A stretch of DNA of 25,662 nt, from the NCBI GenBank assembly GCA_964589155.1, contig CAZPTO010000001.1, positions 1 to 25,662 on the forward strand, read 5' to 3'. Below are positions 8,346 through 17,625 of this stretch, one piece after another. The stretch is from an uncultured Bacteroidaceae bacterium (GTDB taxonomy: Bacteria; Bacteroidota; Bacteroidia; Bacteroidales; GCA-2748055). Both the position numbers and the translations under genes were made by a program. Below the pieces are notes generated by a model that made no database searches, was not told where the DNA came from, and saw only the letters and a program-made list of their open reading frames with translations. Positions within the stretch are counted from its first letter, which is position 1, and every line of letters begins with the position of its first letter.

Positions 8346-9710
8346 ATGAGAGCAATCAGGTTTATAAGCAGACTTTTACTTGGGGGATTGTTTGTATTCA
8401 GTGGATTTGTAAAAGCAATTGACCCCCTCGGATCATCCTATAAGTTTTCAGACTATTTCCATGCGTTTGGTATCGAATGGCTTGAGCCGCTGACCCTTCC
8501 CCTGGGGATCCTGCTTGCCGCTTTCGAACTCGTGCTTGGCATGGTATTGATCCTGGGCTATCAGAAGCGGCGTACCTACTGGGTACTGCTTATTTTCATG
8601 CTTTTCTTTACGGTACTCACGTTTATCCTGGCCCTGACCAACCCGGTATCGGATTGCGGATGCTTTGGGGATGCGATCGTAATGACGAACTGGCAAACTT
8701 TCTTTAAAAACGTCATCTTCATGGTCTTCGTGCTGATCCTGTTCAGATCGGCAAAAAGGGCTGAAAACGTGCATTCAACCGGTCTTGAAGTATTCCTGAT
8801 CCTGATCCTGTTTGCCGGAAGTACGCTGCTGTCGGTCAGCGCACTTCGCAATCTGCCCGTACTGGATTTTCGTCCTTATGATGTCGGTACCTATATACCC
8901 GGAGAGATGGAAATTCCGGAGGGTGCCCCAATGGATGAATATGAAACTCAACTCTTCTACAGGAACCTGGAGACCGGGGAAACAGAGGAGTTTACCCTGG
9001 AAAATTTTCCCCAGGACACATCACGCTATGTATTCGTTACCAGTGAATCGAAATTGATCAGTAAAGGCTATGAGCCCCCGATCGACGATTTCGGGATCAT
9101 GGACCCGGAAGGATTAGACTTTACTGATGCGCTCCTTTCTTTCGAAGGCTATACGCTGATGATGATAAGTTATAACCTCGAAAAGGCTGAAGGTGATTTG
9201 CTGGCTGCAGGCAATGCCTGGGCAGGTATGGAAAAATTTTCTGCAGATTTCAGGTTTGTTCCGGTGACAGCCTCGGCGGGTAAGGTTCTTGAAGATGTCA
9301 TCAGCACATATGACATCGGTTATCAGTTTTATTCTGGAGATGAAACCATGTTGAAAACAGTGGTCCGTTCCAATCCCGGGTTCCTGATGCTGAAGGACGG
9401 TACGATCGTCGGGAAATGGTCATGGAAGGATTTTCCACCCATGGAGGAATGGAAAGCAAACTGGCCTGAAATGATCCGGCAATACACCGAGGATCAGGAT
9501 CCTGAAATCATGATGCTGATGGAGGAAGGCTACCTGGATGATATGAACTGGGAAATGATCGACTTTGGCAGGACAGCACAGCCGATTATTATGGAGCGAC
9601 ATATGAAGCAAGCCGATCTGGGGACATGGATCATTTTTGCACTCTCTGTCTTCCTGATTATATTTCTTGCGCAATTTATACCATCGAAGAAATCAGACTA
9701 TCGTGGCTAA
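8346..9710 (+). CDS. BT_3928-family membrane protein (DoxX/MauE N-terminal domain plus periplasmic thioredoxin-like domain), 454 aa
   Basis: SRLLLGGLFVFSGFVKAIDPLG, ELVLG, DCGCFGDA, FFKN, DFRPY.VG, D...LKT.VRSNPG..LKDGTI.GKW; ends in a C-terminal hydrophobic helix. Confidence 0.8.
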   Translation: MRAIRFISRLLLGGLFVFSGFVKAIDPLGSSYKFSDYFHAFGIEWLEPLTLPLGILLAAFELVLGMVLILGYQKRRTYWVLLIFMLFFTVLTFILALTNPVSDCGCFGDAIVMTNWQTFFKNVIFMVFVLILFRSAKRAENVHSTGLEVFLILILFAGSTLLSVSALRNLPVLDFRPYDVGTYIPGEMEIPEGAPMDEYETQLFYRNLETGETEEFTLENFPQDTSRYVFVTSESKLISKGYEPPIDDFGIMDPEGLDFTDALLSFEGYTLMMISYNLEKAEGDLLAAGNAWAGMEKFSADFRFVPVTASAGKVLEDVISTYDIGYQFYSGDETMLKTVVRSNPGFLMLKDGTIVGKWSWKDFPPMEEWKANWPEMIRQYTEDQDPEIMMLMEEGYLDDMNWEMIDFGRTAQPIIMERHMKQADLGTWIIFALSVFLIIFLAQFIPSKKSDYRG

Positions 9711-10782
9711 AAGGATCCTCGGTAAATTCTTTTACGGGCTTCTGGTACTCTGGGGCGTTGTTACCCTGGTATTCTTCCTGTTCAATGTATTGCCCGGCGA
9801 TCCGGCACGCATGATGCTGGGGCAGCGAGCGGATATGCAGACCGTGGAAATGATCCGGAAGGAGCTGGGACTGGACAGGAAAATGGGACTCCAATATGCC
9901 AGGTACCTGAATGACCTGTCTGTATTATCTATCCATAACAATGAGGATCCCGGACATTATTTTTATTTCGACACACAGCGCTATCCACAGGCTACCGAGC
10001 TGATCAGGGGAAACCGGCGTTCGCTGGTCCTGAAACCACCCTACCTCGGGATGAGCTATCAAAACCGCAGGACCGTGACCAGCATGATCGGGGATGTCCT
10101 GCCTACCACTTTCCTGCTTGCATTGACCTCGATAGCCTTTGCTTTTGTGATCGGGCTCTTTACCGGGACCCTCTGCGCAATCTGGAAAGACAGTCTTTTC
10201 GATCGGTTCGCCCTGGTCATCAGTACGATCGGGGTATCACTACCGTCATTTTTTACGGCCATACTTTTTGGCTGGTTCTTTGCTTTCGTCCTGGCCGATG
10301 TCACCCACCTGAACCTCACGGGTAACATCTACGAAATTGATGACATGGGGAACGGACGGGTCTTACAGTTAAAAAACCTTTTGCTGCCTGCCCTTACTTT
10401 GGGCATCAGGCCGCTTTCAATTATTATCCAGCTTTCCCGCAACGCCATGCTGGATGTGCTGGGACAGGATTATATCAGGACCGCCAGGGCAAAGGGACTG
10501 CGATTTTCCAGGATCATTTTCAAGCATGCCATGCGCAACTCCATGAACCCCATTGTAACTGCAGTCAGCGGTTGGTTTGCATCCCTTATGGCGGGAGTAG
10601 TGTTTGTGGAATACATTTTCGGGTGGAAAGGACTTGGGTATCTCATTGTCAATGCACTGAACCAATATGACATGCCAGTGGTATTGGGAGCAGTGATCAC
10701 CATTGCGTCAATATTTGTGGTAGTGAATATCCTGGTTGACATTTCATATTCTATACTCGATCCGCGTGTACGCCAACTTTGA
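9703..10782 (+). CDS. ABC transporter permease, OppB/DppB family
   Basis: FNVLPGDPARMMLG, GVSLPSF, LPALTLG, EAA-loop motif DVLGQDYIRTARAKGL, VFVEYIFGWKGLG, VNILVDISY..LDPRVR. Start is uncertain (GTG 9703 or TTG 9667). GTG 9703 overlaps the upstream stop by 8 nt. Confidence 0.9.
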   Translation: MAKRILGKFFYGLLVLWGVVTLVFFLFNVLPGDPARMMLGQRADMQTVEMIRKELGLDRKMGLQYARYLNDLSVLSIHNNEDPGHYFYFDTQRYPQATELIRGNRRSLVLKPPYLGMSYQNRRTVTSMIGDVLPTTFLLALTSIAFAFVIGLFTGTLCAIWKDSLFDRFALVISTIGVSLPSFFTAILFGWFFAFVLADVTHLNLTGNIYEIDDMGNGRVLQLKNLLLPALTLGIRPLSIIIQLSRNAMLDVLGQDYIRTARAKGLRFSRIIFKHAMRNSMNPIVTAVSGWFASLMAGVVFVEYIFGWKGLGYLIVNALNQYDMPVVLGAVITIASIFVVVNILVDISYSILDPRVRQL

Positions 10783-10863
10783 AGCAGCTTCTGAATGCAA
10801 CCGCGATGAATTATTCTTATCTTTAAACCTTAATTATTTTTAAACCAAAATCAATAAGCGATC

Positions 10864-11616
10864 ATGAGACAAAAAATTGTTGCAGGAAATTGGAAAATGA
10901 ATACGCATTTGCACGAAGGACTTGAACTTGCCAGGGCTGTTGAGGCATCCGCAAAGGAGAAGACAAGTGATGCATTGATGATCATTGCTCCACCATTTAC
11001 CCATCTTGCAAAGGTACGTGAAGTGATCAGTGAAGTAAAGCTTGCAGCGCAAAATTGTTCCTCAGAGGAGAGTGGCGCTTATACGGGAGAAGTTTCACCG
11101 GATATGCTGAAAACGGCTGGAGTGGAATATGTGATTATCGGACATTCAGAGAGAAGATCGTATTATCATGAGGATAACGAGATACTGAATAAAAAAGTAC
11201 AACTGGCATTATCAAAGGGCCTTTTCCCCATATTTTGCTGTGGTGAGTCATTGGAAGAGCGCGAGGAAGGTCAGATGTTCGATGTGATCAGGGAACAGAT
11301 TACAGTTGGTCTTAACGGACTTTCGCCCTCTGATATGAAGAATGTGATTGTGGCTTATGAACCTGTCTGGGCGATTGGTACAGGAGTTACTGCTTCCCCA
11401 GAGCAGGCACAGGAGATGCATAAATTTATACGTGATCTGCTTGCCGAACTTTTTAATCAGCAGGTTGCCGATGAAACATCACTGTTGTATGGTGGAAGTT
11501 GTAAACCCTCCAATGCTGCAGAATTATTTGCCAATCCGGATGTTGATGGCGGCCTGATCGGCGGTGCATCCCTGAAGGCAGAAGACTTTATCCAGATCGT
11601 GAACGCCTATGCTTAG
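10864..11616 (+). CDS. tpiA: Triosephosphate isomerase (250 aa)
   Basis: AGNWKMN, GAYTGEVS, IIGHSERR, AYEPVWAIGTG, LYGGS, GGLIGGASL. Confidence 0.98.
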   Translation: MRQKIVAGNWKMNTHLHEGLELARAVEASAKEKTSDALMIIAPPFTHLAKVREVISEVKLAAQNCSSEESGAYTGEVSPDMLKTAGVEYVIIGHSERRSYYHEDNEILNKKVQLALSKGLFPIFCCGESLEEREEGQMFDVIREQITVGLNGLSPSDMKNVIVAYEPVWAIGTGVTASPEQAQEMHKFIRDLLAELFNQQVADETSLLYGGSCKPSNAAELFANPDVDGGLIGGASLKAEDFIQIVNAYA

Positions 11617-11640
11617 GTGTTGCATGTGAGGCAAGTGTAA

Positions 11641-12495
11641 ATGATATTCATTGAATATACTTTTTCATTGCCAGGTGATGCTGCAGACCCTGATATACTT
11701 ATTGCATTCCTGAATGCGAATGGTTATGAAGGATTCCAGGAAGCTGGCAATCAGCTGATCGCCTATTTGCCCCAGTCAAAAAAGGATGAGTCCCTGCTCG
11801 AGGAGTTGATGGAGCAGACCGGTAATGTCCGGATCAAATACAGCAGCAGGGTGCTTCCCGATATCAATTGGAATGCGAAATGGGAGCACGATTTCCAGCA
11901 TATTGAAATTGATGATGTTGTCCGCATCAGCGCTTCTTTTCATGAAAAGGACGAAGCATTTGAATATGATATCCTGATTGATCCGAAGATGTCTTTTGGC
12001 ACCGGTCATCACGCAACCACGCGCCTGATGATCCGGGCAATGAAAGAACTTTCTCTTGCCGGGAAGAAGGTGGCAGACCTGGGATGCGGGACAGCTGTGT
12101 TAAGTATCCTGGCCTCCCGTATGCAGGCTGCAGAAATAGTGGCAGTGGATATTGATCAGTGGGCGGTGCGGAACGCACAGGACAATATTGAGCAAAATAA
12201 GTGTAGGAACATTGTCCTGAAACAAGGAGATGCAGAGGCATTGGGGAATACGGTTTTTGATATTCTACTGGCAAATATCAACCGGAATGTCCTTCTCGAA
12301 TCTATGTTCAGGTTTGGTAAGCATTTGACACCTGGAGGAAACCTGGTTCTTTCCGGCATCATGTTGCAGGACCGGGAGAAGATAGTGGTCGCAGCTGAAA
12401 GTGCCGGGTTTGAGAACACGGACCAGTACAGGGAGAATGATTGGTGTGCACTTGTTTTTCGCAGGACCAATGACCAATGCGCAGCGGTCTGTTGA
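11641..12495 (+). CDS. prmA: Ribosomal protein L11 methyltransferase (284 aa)
   Basis: NWNAKWE, IDPKMSFGTGHHATT, SAM-binding DLGCGTAVL, VDID..A..NA..N, LANINRN, LVLSG. Confidence 0.93.
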   Translation: MIFIEYTFSLPGDAADPDILIAFLNANGYEGFQEAGNQLIAYLPQSKKDESLLEELMEQTGNVRIKYSSRVLPDINWNAKWEHDFQHIEIDDVVRISASFHEKDEAFEYDILIDPKMSFGTGHHATTRLMIRAMKELSLAGKKVADLGCGTAVLSILASRMQAAEIVAVDIDQWAVRNAQDNIEQNKCRNIVLKQGDAEALGNTVFDILLANINRNVLLESMFRFGKHLTPGGNLVLSGIMLQDREKIVVAAESAGFENTDQYRENDWCALVFRRTNDQCAAVC

Positions 12496-12586
12496 TTCTT
12501 TCATGACTTTTGCACGAAGTTTGTGTATAGGAAATTTGTATTTTGGTGGGTATCTGTATACAAGGATGATCTAAAATATCCGGTCT

Positions 12587-15500
12587 ATGAAGAAAATGTT
12601 TTCCCTTTTCCTGCTTACCCTGACGATCTCGGTTTCCAACGCTCAATATGTCAAGGAGTTCTCCCTTGATACCGCAAACTATATCCAGGAGCTTACTACG
12701 CTTTTTGGAACCTCCCTGATGGATGATGAGGATGTGGTTTTTATGAATTTTATATCAACGTGGGACTCCCTTGAATTCGGATACAGGGAAGATATCATGG
12801 TCATTTCAGAGTTGATGCGCCAGCGTAGTTGCAGGCCAAGGCCCCACTATATCATGTTTCTTAAGATATTGCTGGAATTTCATAATGAAGATAAACTGGA
12901 GTTGGGTTACCAGGATTATATCGCAGGTTATAAGGCATTTATGCAGAATGAACAGACCCTCCTGAAGGATATCAACAGTGTGAATAATACCATCTATATG
13001 CTCCTGGACCAATCACTCATATACCAGGCAACATCTCTTCAGTGGCAATTCGCTGGTACCAGTTTTGAATTCGTTCATGACAATGGTTTGAAAATCAACA
13101 CAGATCAGAATCAGATTATTGGCACTTCCGCCGGTGATACGATCCGTGTACATGAGGTTTCAGGTTATGTGGACCCGGTGATGAACAGGTTTGTGGGCAA
13201 GCGTGCCAGTGTATTCTGGAAAAGAGCCGGTTTTGACCCGGCGGTTGTCCATGCGGAGCTCAATGCTTTTGTGATCGACCTGACACAACCTGGTTATTCA
13301 GCCGATAGCGTGACCTTCTACCATGAGGAATTGCTGGAAGAACGTGCATTGGGAAAGCTTGAGGATCGTATTTCGGCGATCAGAAATCCGGAGCAGGCGT
13401 CTTTCCCGAGGTTTTCAAGTTACAAAAGCAATTATGTACTGAATAACATCGTGGAAGGGATCAACTATTCAGGTGCTATTGCTATGCAGGGAGCGAACCT
13501 GGCAGGAACCGGCAGCAGGGGGGGGTATGCGAAACTGGAAGTGTTTTTCAGGGATACACTTCGCGTGCGCATGCGTTCCCAAATCTTCCTCTTCGGGAAA
13601 CGACTGATCAAATCCAATAATACCGAGGTCGCGTTATATATTGAAGAGGATTCGATCTACCACCCTGATATCGTGATGAACTATGATATTCAGTCTGAAA
13701 GGATGCGGCTTTCCAAATCAAAGGATTATAATTCACAAGGGCCCTATTCAAACACTTACCACAAAGTGGATATGAGCTTTGATGAACTAGTCTGGGTGCG
13801 CACAGAGCCTGTGATCAATATGCAGGCTGCGCTCGGAAGTGCGCTTGGAAATGGTTTTTTCGAGTCACACGATTATTTCGATATGGCATTTTATGAAAGC
13901 CTGCAGGGGATGGAATATCAGAATCCGCTTGCCGATCTCTGGACCTTTGGAAATATGATTGGTGGGAGTACGTTCAATGCTGAAGCATATGCCTCCTATT
14001 TGCGCAAGGCACCTTACCAGATCCGGCATCAGCTGATGCAATTGACCAAGTCGGGATTTGTCTATTTTGACTTTGATCAGGACAGGGTTACGCTCAGACC
14101 CAAACTTTATGACTATATCAAGGCAAGTCTGAAACAGAGAGATTATGATATTATCAGGTTCATTACACGGACAGAGGGGAGCCAGGAGAATGCCAGTCTG
14201 AACCTGGATACAAAAGATCTTACGATCAACGGGATCCCTTCTATCTTTCTGAGTGATGTCCAGAATGTGAAACTTGTTCCGTCAGACAACAGGATTGTCA
14301 TGAAAAGAAACAGGAACTTTCAGTTTGATGGCTCAATCGACGCAGGATTGTTTAAGTTTTACGGTAACAATTTCTTTTTTGAGTATGACAGTTTCAAAAT
14401 CAATTTGCAGAACATTGATTCCCTCTCTGTCAGTGCAAAAACAGATGAAAGAGATCCGACGGGAAGATATCTGACAACTACACTTGACAATAATATTGAA
14501 AAGATTACAGGTGAATTGCTCATTGATCATCCCATGAATAAATCGGGCCTTACCTCGTATCCCAAGTACCCGGTTTTTTCAAGTGTAAAAAGTTCTTATG
14601 TTTATTTTGATGAAAAATCGATACAGAATGGGGTATATGATAAGGAACGATTCTATTTTCAATTGTTGCCTTTTACCATCGATAGTCTGGACAATTTCAG
14701 GAGAGATGCATTGAAAATGGAGGGGACCTTTGTATCGGCGGATATCCTTCCACCGATTGAGATGGAGATGACACTTCGTCCGGACAACTCACTCGGATTT
14801 TACATGACTACCCCTGAGGAGGGCATCCCGGTATATGGCGGGGATGCGACCTTCTATAACGACATTGAGATGAGCAATGCTGGTTTGCACGGTTACGGAA
14901 CCCTTGATTATCTTACGTCGACTACCTGGTCGGATGATTTTCTTTTTCATCCGGATTCATTGATGACCATCTCCAGGAGATTCCTTGAGCGGGAACAAGC
15001 AGCACCGGTTTCTTATCCACTGGTAGAAAATGATGTAGCGGATGTGCGTTATTATCCATTCGAAAATGTAATGCACATTAAACGCATCGAAAATGTATTC
15101 AGGATATACGGGGACAGCATCTTTTTTGGTGGCAACCTGGCACTAAGACCTGCAGGGCTTACTGGAATGGGTGGACTCGGATTCCCGGATGCAAGGTTCG
15201 ATTCTGAATCATTCCATTTTCAGGCCGCACGTTTTCACGCTGATTCAGCAGGGGTGCGGCTGAAGAAAGCCGGTACGGATGCGTATACATTTGTCTCTGA
15301 TGATCTGGAAGTGGATGTCAACCTGCAGGAGAATAATGGAGCGTTTATTGCAAGAGAGGATTATACCCTGGTAAAATTCCCCGAAAATCTTTATGAGACG
15401 CGGCTCAACCACATCAGCTGGTTCATGGACAGTGACGAAGTGCTGATGAAACAAACTGTTGAACTGGCAGAAAACCTGGTTGATATCGGAATCGATTCGC

Positions 15501-17056
15501 TAAAGACCAGCGGTCCATCCTACGTATCTGTTCATCCGGGGCAGGATTCGCTGCACTTCGTTTCCCCAAAGGCCTATTTCCATTATGCCAGCAATGTGCT
15601 GAATGCAGAGGATGTGCCGTTTATAGAAATTGGAGATGCATATATCTTTCCCGATGAAGGCAGGGTAGAGGTACTGGAAGAGGCAACGATTAAACCCCTG
15701 AGAAATGCAAAACTGCTTGCCAATAAGATAACCCGGTATCATCTGTTGCACAATGCCAGCCTGGTAATCAATTCCCGTAATCATTTCCGTGGAGCGGCTG
15801 ATTATGAATATATTGATGAATTTGGAAATGTGTTTACATTCCGAATGGATCACGTTGAAGTGGATACTTCTGTGAACAGTTTTGGAAAGGGAGAAATTAC
15901 AGAAGCAGATAGCGTTATGCTCAGCCCGTATTTTGAATACAAGGGATTGGTCAGCATGGATGCAAGAAAGCCTTTCCTCGATTTTTCAGGGGGAACAAGG
16001 TTAACGCATCATTGCGATGTGACAAGCTTCTGGCTGAAGTTTGAAACAGAAATTAACCCCGATAGCGTAATGATCCCCCTGGAGAGCAGAATGCAGAATA
16101 CAGCCCTGAACAATATCTATGCGGGAACACTCAAGGCCCGGGATTCCATACACATTTATCCTGCATTTTTGTCAGGACGCAAGCAATATTTTGACAGGAA
16201 TGTTACCTACGCTGATGGATACCTTTATTATAACAAGCGTAAGAATGCTTACGAGATTGCCAGCCGGGAAAAATTGAATGACCGGAGCAGCGAGGGGAAT
16301 TACCTGGCACTAAGAACGGACTCGTGTGATCTTAGAAGTGAAGGTATCATTGACCTGCAACTCGATTATGGGAGAATTAACCTGAAAACAGCAGGAACTG
16401 CAGCACATGATATTACAACCAACACGCTGGACCTGGATCTTGTCATGGGGATGGACTTTTATTTCAGTCAGGAAGCGTTGAATATTTTTGGCAATGAACT
16501 GGATAGTCTGCCTGAACTGGAACCGGCGGACCTCTCCAGCGAACTTTATCAGCTTGCAATTACGAACATTGCAGGAAAGCTACAGGCGGAACGACTGGAT
16601 ACAGAACTTGGATTATATGGGAGTTACAGTGAAATTCCTGATAGTCTTAAATTCAGTATACTCTTCAATGAACTGCCGCTGCGCTGGAACCAGGAAACAC
16701 GCTCATACAGGCATAATGGCAAAGTTGGCATAGGCATCATCGGAGATGTCCAGGTCAATAAGAAAGTGGATGCCTACGTGGAGTTCGTTGAAAGAGGTTC
16801 AGGAGATATTTTCGATATCTACCTGATGGTGGATGAAAACACGTGGTATTACCTGGCCTATAGTCCGGGGGGATTCCAGGTGCTTTCTTCAAACCGGGAT
16901 TTCAATGGACTGATTTTTGAACTGCCGGACAAGGTGCGGAAACTAAAGTCACGTGGACGTCAGCCCTCTTACATTTATTCACTGGCATCCCAGCGCAGAC
17001 TGGGGTTGTTTCTCGAAAGGTTCCTGCTCTATGAAGACACAGCAAGAGAAGAGTGA
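12587..17056 (+). CDS. Very large secreted hypothetical protein (1489 aa), beta-strand rich, with internal repeats
   Basis: Uninterrupted 4.47-kb ORF with a Sec signal peptide (MKKMFSLFLLTLTISVSNA|Q). No catalytic motif recognised. Confidence 0.88.
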   Translation: MKKMFSLFLLTLTISVSNAQYVKEFSLDTANYIQELTTLFGTSLMDDEDVVFMNFISTWDSLEFGYREDIMVISELMRQRSCRPRPHYIMFLKILLEFHNEDKLELGYQDYIAGYKAFMQNEQTLLKDINSVNNTIYMLLDQSLIYQATSLQWQFAGTSFEFVHDNGLKINTDQNQIIGTSAGDTIRVHEVSGYVDPVMNRFVGKRASVFWKRAGFDPAVVHAELNAFVIDLTQPGYSADSVTFYHEELLEERALGKLEDRISAIRNPEQASFPRFSSYKSNYVLNNIVEGINYSGAIAMQGANLAGTGSRGGYAKLEVFFRDTLRVRMRSQIFLFGKRLIKSNNTEVALYIEEDSIYHPDIVMNYDIQSERMRLSKSKDYNSQGPYSNTYHKVDMSFDELVWVRTEPVINMQAALGSALGNGFFESHDYFDMAFYESLQGMEYQNPLADLWTFGNMIGGSTFNAEAYASYLRKAPYQIRHQLMQLTKSGFVYFDFDQDRVTLRPKLYDYIKASLKQRDYDIIRFITRTEGSQENASLNLDTKDLTINGIPSIFLSDVQNVKLVPSDNRIVMKRNRNFQFDGSIDAGLFKFYGNNFFFEYDSFKINLQNIDSLSVSAKTDERDPTGRYLTTTLDNNIEKITGELLIDHPMNKSGLTSYPKYPVFSSVKSSYVYFDEKSIQNGVYDKERFYFQLLPFTIDSLDNFRRDALKMEGTFVSADILPPIEMEMTLRPDNSLGFYMTTPEEGIPVYGGDATFYNDIEMSNAGLHGYGTLDYLTSTTWSDDFLFHPDSLMTISRRFLEREQAAPVSYPLVENDVADVRYYPFENVMHIKRIENVFRIYGDSIFFGGNLALRPAGLTGMGGLGFPDARFDSESFHFQAARFHADSAGVRLKKAGTDAYTFVSDDLEVDVNLQENNGAFIAREDYTLVKFPENLYETRLNHISWFMDSDEVLMKQTVELAENLVDIGIDSLKTSGPSYVSVHPGQDSLHFVSPKAYFHYASNVLNAEDVPFIEIGDAYIFPDEGRVEVLEEATIKPLRNAKLLANKITRYHLLHNASLVINSRNHFRGAADYEYIDEFGNVFTFRMDHVEVDTSVNSFGKGEITEADSVMLSPYFEYKGLVSMDARKPFLDFSGGTRLTHHCDVTSFWLKFETEINPDSVMIPLESRMQNTALNNIYAGTLKARDSIHIYPAFLSGRKQYFDRNVTYADGYLYYNKRKNAYEIASREKLNDRSSEGNYLALRTDSCDLRSEGIIDLQLDYGRINLKTAGTAAHDITTNTLDLDLVMGMDFYFSQEALNIFGNELDSLPELEPADLSSELYQLAITNIAGKLQAERLDTELGLYGSYSEIPDSLKFSILFNELPLRWNQETRSYRHNGKVGIGIIGDVQVNKKVDAYVEFVERGSGDIFDIYLMVDENTWYYLAYSPGGFQVLSSNRDFNGLIFELPDKVRKLKSRGRQPSYIYSLASQRRLGLFLERFLLYEDTAREE

Positions 17057-17067
17057 GCCCAGGACAA

Positions 17068-17571
17068 TTATTTTCTGATCGACCGGGGTCCAAGTTCAAT
17101 CACATCAAGGTCTTTCACCCTGCTTTCAGCAATATCAAACCTGATCGCCGTGCGCACTTTGTGCATCCCAAGATATCCGGCAGCACCAGGATTGATATGT
17201 AGCAGACCGTTTTTTTTGTCAGGCATCACCTTCAGAATATGCGAGTGGCCGGAAATGAAAAGATCCGGTGGATTATATCGGATCGCTTCACGGATCCGCC
17301 GGTCGTAATTTCCAGGATAGCCCCCGATATGCGTCATCCATATATCAATTCCTGCCCGGTTCAATCGCTGGTGTGCTTTGGTCTCGATCCTGATATCCTG
17401 GCCATCAATGTTTCCATAAACGGCCACTACAGGTTTGAAATTCCTCAGTGCAGACAGGACACTGGTTTTTCCGATGTCACCTGCATGCCAGATCTCATCG
17501 CAATCATCGAAGAAACCAAACAGCTGATCATCAAGAAAACCATGTGTATCGGACAGGACACCAATTTTCAT
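17068..17571 (-). CDS. YfcE-like metallophosphoesterase (calcineurin-like), about 167 aa
   Basis: Metal-binding motifs LSDTHG, HAGDIG, VYGNID, THIGG, SGHSH, INPGAAG. Start placed at ATG 17571 (MKIGVLSDTHG); the longer ORF-track version overlaps rsmE. Confidence 0.9.
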   Translation of the reverse strand: MKIGVLSDTHGFLDDQLFGFFDDCDEIWHAGDIGKTSVLSALRNFKPVVAVYGNIDGQDIRIETKAHQRLNRAGIDIWMTHIGGYPGNYDRRIREAIRYNPPDLFISGHSHILKVMPDKKNGLLHINPGAAGYLGMHKVRTAIRFDIAESRVKDLDVIELGPRSIRK

Positions 17572-17600
17572 AGCCGGGTGTTCTTTTGGGCCGAATTTAC

Positions 17601-17608
17601 TATTTTTG
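17601..17608 (+). promoter_or_regulatory. -7 promoter box for rsmE
   Basis: Exact TATTTTTG ending 18 nt before the ATG at 17626. No canonical -33 box at the usual spacing. Confidence 0.4.
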
Positions 17609-17625
17609 AACCATAGATAGGTACT

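Noticed and set aside
10794-10825. tpiA promoter (TATCTTTA at 10818-10825)
   Set aside because: The -7 box has a mismatch and there is no -33 TTTG. Plausible but too weak to list.
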